In this document: positions 28,340 to 33,444 of the stretch, piece after piece | Numbering within the stretch: the stretch's first letter is position 1 | How the letters are laid out: each line of letters starts with the position of its first letter | Source: Betaproteobacteria bacterium | GTDB taxonomy: Bacteria; Pseudomonadota; Gammaproteobacteria; Burkholderiales; Ga0077523 | DNA: 33,444 bases | NCBI GenBank assembly: GCA_043744975.1 | Contig: JAYTTO010000186.1 | Coordinates: 1-33,444, forward strand | Direction of reading: 5' to 3' | The notes under the pieces: model-generated | What the model was told of the DNA's origin: nothing | What the model saw: only the letters and a program-made list of their open reading frames with translations | Database searches by the model: none | Made by a program: the position numbers and the translations under genes

Positions 28340-28861
28340 TCAGAGATCGCGCGACCCGTTGGAACGTTGCCGGGCCCGTGTGGCCTCGAACCCCGCGAAC
28401 GCCGACGGCGTCATGCAGGACACCACCGAACGGCTGATGCGCCCCGCGAACTGCTCGGCGACCACGACCGCTCCGTCGATCCGCCAGACCCATACCGCGT
28501 TGTCGAACAGCCCGCCCATGCCACCCCGCAACGGCTCCCCGTGGTCCTCGGGCTCGCCAAGTACGATGCGCAGACTCGCGGCAACCCGATCGAAAGCAGA
28601 TTCGCCGAACTGCACCTGCGCCGCAACGATCGCGCCGTTGTCGAGTTCGGCATCGGCGATCTCCACCGCCGCGCCGTGGAACCGGTGGGCGGTACCGGAC
28701 CGGAGGCGGCACACCCCGGTCGAGGCGTCCGGGTCGCAGCGATAGGCCTCCAGGCCACGATCCACAAGGCAGCCATCGTGGAGCCGCTGTCCGGGCGGGT
28801 TGGCCATCGCGACCGAGGTCACGCAAAGACAGATGGCCGCAACGGATCCGGCCGGCGTCAT
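28340..28861 (-). CDS. hypothetical exported protein
   Basis: 173 aa; ATG overlaps the algR stop (ATGA); signal-peptide-like N-terminus ending VAMA; several Cys. No family recognised. Confidence 0.55.
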   Translation of the reverse strand: MTPAGSVAAICLCVTSVAMANPPGQRLHDGCLVDRGLEAYRCDPDASTGVCRLRSGTAHRFHGAAVEIADAELDNGAIVAAQVQFGESAFDRVAASLRIVLGEPEDHGEPLRGGMGGLFDNAVWVWRIDGAVVVAEQFAGRISRSVVSCMTPSAFAGFEATRARQRSNGSRDL

Positions 28862-29631
28862 CTCGCGCCGCGTCCGAATTCGCGTACTACATGCGCCTGC
28901 CGGCGCGACACCGGCAGGCGTTCGGCGATGGCAGCGAACAGGACTTCCCACCGCGGCTCGCCGCCAGCCGCGCTGGCGCGCTCGAACCCGGCGATATGCC
29001 CCTTGGCCACCAGACAGTTGCGATGGATCCGGATGAACCGGTGCGCGTATTCCTCCTCCAGCCGGGTCAGCGATTCCTCGAGCACGAGTTCGCGGTCGCG
29101 CGTGCGCACGGTCAGGTACTTCAGCTCGGCACGGAGGAACAGGATCTCGCCGACCGGGATCAGCAGCACGCGGCCGCGCTCGGGAATCGCCAGGTGGGTG
29201 CGCGGCTCGGGCGCCGCCGCCTGGAGCACGTCGAGTCGCAGCGGCGTGATGGCGCGGACCCGCGACAGCGCGTCGAACAGGCGCCGCAGGCGGATCGGCT
29301 TGAGCAGGTAGTCCACCGCATGCAGCTCGAATGCCGCCAACGCGTGGTCGTCGAAGGCCGTGGTGAAGATCACCTTGGGCGGGTCCGGCAGCCGCAGCAG
29401 GTGGCCCGCCGCCTCGAGCCCGTCCATCTCCGGCATGCGGATGTCGAGCAGCACGACGTCGACCTCCTTGTCCTGCACCAGCTCGAGCAATTCGACACCG
29501 GTGCCGGCCTCGCCCACCAGTTCGACCGGCAGGCTGGTCGAACAGTCGTCGAGCAGGTCGCGCAGGCGGTTCCTCGCCGGCGCCTCATCGTCGGCAATGG
29601 CAACCCGCAATGCATCGGGATTTCGACTCAC
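28858..29631 (-). CDS. algR: LytTR-family response regulator
   Basis: IADDEAPAR, LLDIRMPEMDG, DYLLKP, FIRIHRNCLV, LPVSRR; AGGAGA RBS before GTG 29631; argH-fimS-algR-hemC synteny. Confidence 0.88.
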   Translation of the reverse strand: MSRNPDALRVAIADDEAPARNRLRDLLDDCSTSLPVELVGEAGTGVELLELVQDKEVDVVLLDIRMPEMDGLEAAGHLLRLPDPPKVIFTTAFDDHALAAFELHAVDYLLKPIRLRRLFDALSRVRAITPLRLDVLQAAAPEPRTHLAIPERGRVLLIPVGEILFLRAELKYLTVRTRDRELVLEESLTRLEEEYAHRFIRIHRNCLVAKGHIAGFERASAAGGEPRWEVLFAAIAERLPVSRRQAHVVREFGRGAR

Positions 29632-29687
29632 CTGCGAAAATCTCCTCGTCAGCGGCTGGCCGCGTTCGCCTTGCCCTTGCCCAGAGA

Positions 29688-30707
29688 TCACGGCTTCTCC
29701 TTCACGTACGGCACCCGGATATGGACCTGATAGGTGCTGTCGCGGACCTGCGACTCCAGCTTCGCCTCGGCATCGAAATGCAGTGCGAGGCGCTCGCGGA
29801 TGTTGCCGAGCGCCATCTTGTTGCCGGAATGATGCCCGCCGTCCCGATGATACGGATTGAGCAGCACGATGTGCACTTCGCCCCGTACCTGGTAGATGTT
29901 GATCGTGACCACGCCAGGCGCCGGCGAGGGTTCGATGCCATGGTAGACGGCGTTCTCAAGCAGGGGCTGGAGCACCAGCGGCGGCACCATGGCGTCGCGC
30001 GGCATGTTCTCGACATGCCATTCGATCTTCAGGCGGTCGCCGAGCCGCAACTGCTCCAAGTCGAGATACTGTCTGCACAGCCGCACCTCGTCAGCAAGGG
30101 GTGCCAGGTTGCGGTTGTCGGCCATCAGGACGCGGAAGAGATCCGCCATGTCCTCCAGGGCCGCCTCTGCGCGCCGCGGTTCGGCGCGCACCAGAGAGAG
30201 GACCGCGTTGATGCTGTTGAACAGGAAGTGGGGCCGGATGCGCGCCTGCAGCGCCTGCAGGCGCGCTTCGGTCAACGCCGGCGACAGGGCGCGGCTGCGC
30301 AGGAAGAAATAGAACAGCACGGTGGCGCCGGTGGCCAGCGCCACCAGCACCTGGCGCCACAGACCGCTGCCCTCCTGCAGGTACCGGTCGGTGACCCCAT
30401 AGCCGGCGGCTGCAATCAGGCCGATCGTGACCAGCACCGCGGCAACCCCGGCGCCGTACCCGCGGCGCTCGATGCGCGACAGCAGCGGCGAGAACAGGGC
30501 GAGCACGGCCAGGGACAGGACCAGCACCGGCTGCACGTGCATCGAGACAATCGCGAATTCTTCGATCACGGCGCCCGGGCCCGACGCACGCAGCAGCGTC
30601 GCGACCAGCGAGAACCAGGTCACGATCAGCATCGTGCGCAACCAGACACCGAGATTGAGAAAGTTCGGCAGCCGGTCCGGCCAGCGGTTGTGATTTATAC
30701 TCGCCAC
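29688..30707 (-). CDS. fimS: LytS-type sensor kinase FimS/AlgZ
   Basis: Four TM helices, [31 protein letters not shown]; GTG start at 30707. Confidence 0.88.
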   Translation of the reverse strand: MASINHNRWPDRLPNFLNLGVWLRTMLIVTWFSLVATLLRASGPGAVIEEFAIVSMHVQPVLVLSLAVLALFSPLLSRIERRGYGAGVAAVLVTIGLIAAAGYGVTDRYLQEGSGLWRQVLVALATGATVLFYFFLRSRALSPALTEARLQALQARIRPHFLFNSINAVLSLVRAEPRRAEAALEDMADLFRVLMADNRNLAPLADEVRLCRQYLDLEQLRLGDRLKIEWHVENMPRDAMVPPLVLQPLLENAVYHGIEPSPAPGVVTINIYQVRGEVHIVLLNPYHRDGGHHSGNKMALGNIRERLALHFDAEAKLESQVRDSTYQVHIRVPYVKEKP

Positions 30708-30817
30708 CCTTCCGAGAGCCTGACATGGCGCGGCTTTGCGCCGATCGGGCGGCAGGGCCGAGGGCTCGTCCCGTTCGCAGCACATGGTCGCACAGTCCGG
30801 CAAGCCACCAGAACCCC

Positions 30818-32236
30818 ATGGCGACAGATCAATCCGTCAACAGCGCGACGCCCCCACCCCCGGCCACGGCGTGGTCCGGACGATTCAGCGAACCGGTCGA
30901 TGAGCGGGTGAAACGCTTTACCGCCTCCGTCGGTTTCGATCAGCGCCTGGCGCGCTTCGACATCCAGGGTTCGATCGCGCACGCGCGCATGCTCCGCCAC
31001 GTCAGCGTCCTCTCCGCCGCCGACGTTGCCGACATCGAGCGCGGGCTCGCGCAGATTCAGGCCGACATCGACGCGGGGCGATTCGTCTGGTCGGTCGATC
31101 TTGAGGACGTGCACCTGAACATCGAGCGACGGCTCACCGAACTCGTCGGCGATGCCGGCAAGCGACTGCATACCGGTCGCTCGCGCAACGACCAGGTCGC
31201 CACCGACCTGCGCCTGTATCTGCGCGACGCCATCGATAGCATCCGCGATCTGGTCCGCAGCCTGCGCCGGTCCCTCGTCGATCTCGCGGACGCGCACGCC
31301 GATACCGTCATGCCCGGCTTCACCCACCTGCAGGTGGCGCAGCCCGTGACCTTCGGCCATCACCTGATGGCGTACGTAGAGATGCTCAAGCGCGACGATG
31401 GCCGCCTCGCCGACGCCCGTCGCCGCACCAACCAACTGCCGCTGGGCAGCGCGGCCCTTGCCGGCACGAGCTATCCGATCGACCGCGAGCACGTGGCTCG
31501 TGCACTGGGATTCGACGGGATCTGCGCCAATTCTCTTGATGCGGTTTCCGATCGCGACTTCGCGATCGAGTTCTGCGCTGCCGCGGCGCTGCTGATGACC
31601 CACCTCTCGCGCCTGTCGGAGGAACTGATCCTCTGGATGAGCCCGCGTTTCGGCTTCATCGATCTGGCCGACCGCTTCTGCACCGGCTCCTCGATCATGC
31701 CGCAGAAGAAGAACCCGGATGTCCCCGAACTGGTCCGCGGCAAGACCGGTCGCGTCACCGGACACCTGATCGCGCTGCTCACACTGATGAAGTCGCAGCC
31801 CCTGGCCTACAACAAGGACAACCAGGAAGACAAGGAGCCGGTGTTCGACACCGTCGACACGCTGGTGGATGCCCTGGCGATCTATGCCGAGATGATGCGC
31901 GGTGTCACGGTCGACAAAGCTGCAATGCGCGCTGCGGCGATGCAGGGCTTCGCCACCGCGACCGATCTCGCCGACTATCTGGTCAAGAAGGGCCTCCCGT
32001 TCCGCGTAGCGCACGAGGCGGTCGCACGCTGCGTCCGACATGCCGCCGGATTGGGCATCGACCTGGCCCGGCTCGACCTGGAGACGATGCGGAGCTTCTC
32101 GCCGTTGATCGCCGAGGACGTATTTTCCGTGCTGACGCTGGAGGGCTCGATCGCGGCCCGCGATCATGTCGGCGGCACCGCGCCCGTGCAGGTGCGGGCG
32201 GCGATCCGCGCGGCCCGCGCCGAGCTGGGGGCGTGA
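30818..32236 (+). CDS. argH: argininosuccinate lyase
   Basis: [38 protein letters not shown]. Confidence 0.97.
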   Translation: MATDQSVNSATPPPPATAWSGRFSEPVDERVKRFTASVGFDQRLARFDIQGSIAHARMLRHVSVLSAADVADIERGLAQIQADIDAGRFVWSVDLEDVHLNIERRLTELVGDAGKRLHTGRSRNDQVATDLRLYLRDAIDSIRDLVRSLRRSLVDLADAHADTVMPGFTHLQVAQPVTFGHHLMAYVEMLKRDDGRLADARRRTNQLPLGSAALAGTSYPIDREHVARALGFDGICANSLDAVSDRDFAIEFCAAAALLMTHLSRLSEELILWMSPRFGFIDLADRFCTGSSIMPQKKNPDVPELVRGKTGRVTGHLIALLTLMKSQPLAYNKDNQEDKEPVFDTVDTLVDALAIYAEMMRGVTVDKAAMRAAAMQGFATATDLADYLVKKGLPFRVAHEAVARCVRHAAGLGIDLARLDLETMRSFSPLIAEDVFSVLTLEGSIAARDHVGGTAPVQVRAAIRAARAELGA

Positions 32237-32333
32237 TGCGCCCCGGCCTGCGCAGGGTGATGACAGCGGTCGGCGCACCCGGGCCAATTCACGGCTCGCG
32301 TGCGAATCGGCCCGCGGTGGCGGATCGAATCTG

Positions 32334-33107
32334 ATGTCGCCCTCGCTCTCCGAGCTGTTTTCGCTCGCCGGACGGACCGCGGCCGTCACCGGCGCCAATT
32401 CCGGCATCGGGCGGACCATCGCGCTCGCGCTCGCGGATGCCGGCGCCAACGTCGTGCTCATCGCCCGCGACCGGGTTCGCCTCGAAGCTGTCGCGCGCGA
32501 GATCGAAGGCCGCGGCGGCGCGGCGGCCTGGTTCGATTGCGACCTTGCCGCGCGCGGCCGCCTTGCCGATGTCGCCGTCCGGGCGGCAAAAGGGTTCGGC
32601 GCTCCTGACATATTGGTAAACGCAGCCGCCATCAACCTGCGCCCCCCCATCGAGCGGCTGACCGAGCGCGAGTGGGACACCACCATGGCCCTCAATCTCG
32701 ATGCGCCGTTCTTGCTGGCGCAGGCATTGGCGCCAGCGATGGCCGCCCGCGGCTGGGGGCGCATCATCAATCTCGCGTCGCTGCAGTCGGTGCGCGCCTT
32801 CGGCAACAGCGGCGCCTACGGCGTCTCGAAAGCCGGGGTCGCACAGCTCACCCGGGTGTTGGCCGAAGGCTGGTCGCCGCGCGGCGTCAACGTCAACGCC
32901 ATCGCGCCGGGGTTCTTTCCCACGCCCCTGACGCGCGGCGTCTTCGACGATCCGGAGAAGGCGCGTGCCATGGCGGCACGGACCATGATCGGACGCAACG
33001 GCGAACTCGACGACCTGCGCGGCACCGCGGTGTTCCTTGCCTCGCGCGCGTCCGACTACATCACCGGACAGGTGCTCTTCGTCGACGGGGGCTTCTCCGC
33101 CGGTTGA
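32334..33107 (+). CDS. classical SDR oxidoreductase (gluconate 5-dehydrogenase/KduD-like)
   Basis: TGANSGIG, LVNAA, S...YGVSK, NAIAPG, VDGG. Confidence 0.9.
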   Translation: MSPSLSELFSLAGRTAAVTGANSGIGRTIALALADAGANVVLIARDRVRLEAVAREIEGRGGAAAWFDCDLAARGRLADVAVRAAKGFGAPDILVNAAAINLRPPIERLTEREWDTTMALNLDAPFLLAQALAPAMAARGWGRIINLASLQSVRAFGNSGAYGVSKAGVAQLTRVLAEGWSPRGVNVNAIAPGFFPTPLTRGVFDDPEKARAMAARTMIGRNGELDDLRGTAVFLASRASDYITGQVLFVDGGFSAG

Positions 33108-33115
33108 GAGGACAA

Positions 33116-33228
33116 CCCCCCCAGCCTTCCTGCGGTCGGCACCCCCCAATGGGGGGCCAGCTCGCTTGGGGCGGCCCGGCGCAAGCTGAACCCCCCCAGC
33201 CTGCCTCCGGTCGCCCCCCCAAATGGGG
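33116..33228 (-). repeat. REP-like repeat, two tandem units (second degenerate and truncated)
   Basis: Reverse complement of the 23281 unit, followed by a copy with several substitutions. Confidence 0.9.
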
Positions 33229-33229
33229 A

Positions 33230-33444
33230 GTTTATTTGGGGCGCTATCTGTACCGTGGGGTCATTCAAGAAAAAGACATTCTGCGCCGTGAAGACGGGCA
33301 GGTGAATTTTAGATACCGTGACGCCAAGAGCGGCAAGATGCAGCTGCGCACCCTCGACGGTGCTGCGTTTTTGTGGCTGCTGCTGCAGCATGTTTTGCCC
33401 AAGGGTTTCAGGCGAGCACGCAACTTTGGTTTTTTACACCCCAA
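33230..33444 (+). mobile_element. IS91-family (HUH Y2) transposase internal fragment
   Basis: Frame from 33230 reads VYLGRYLYRGVIQEKDILRREDGQVNFRYRDAKSGKMQLRTLDGAAFLWLLLQHVLPKGFRRARNFGFLHP (YxxxY and HVLPKGF motifs); visibly lower GC; N-terminal part absent. Confidence 0.85.

Overview
High-GC chromosomal window whose gene content and order look betaproteobacterial. The standout feature (322-11788, minus strand) is a tightly packed seven-gene signalling cluster: CHASE2 Ser/Thr kinase, PP2C phosphatase, double-FHA protein, CHASE2 adenylate cyclase, class II-like cAMP phosphodiesterase, GAF-fused PilB/GspE ATPase and GAF/HD-GYP phosphodiesterase. It is followed by a sigma54 promoter driving a gene cut off by the window edge (MK-, possibly the type IV pilin). 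The rest is mostly housekeeping: DUF1330, GT4 glycosyltransferase, dgkA, tpx, orphan gcvH, DUF3426, prmA-accC-accB-aroQ, TlpA, DsbD-N, SDR, a 2Fe-2S/FAD reductase, hemY-hemX-hemD-hemC, algR/fimS, argH and an SDR. Features missing from the ORF track are a ppc pseudogene collapsed by several deletions, a REP-like repeat family at four loci with covarying hairpins, and an IS91-type transposase fragment at the right edge. All product calls come from motif recognition and recalled synteny, not database searches.
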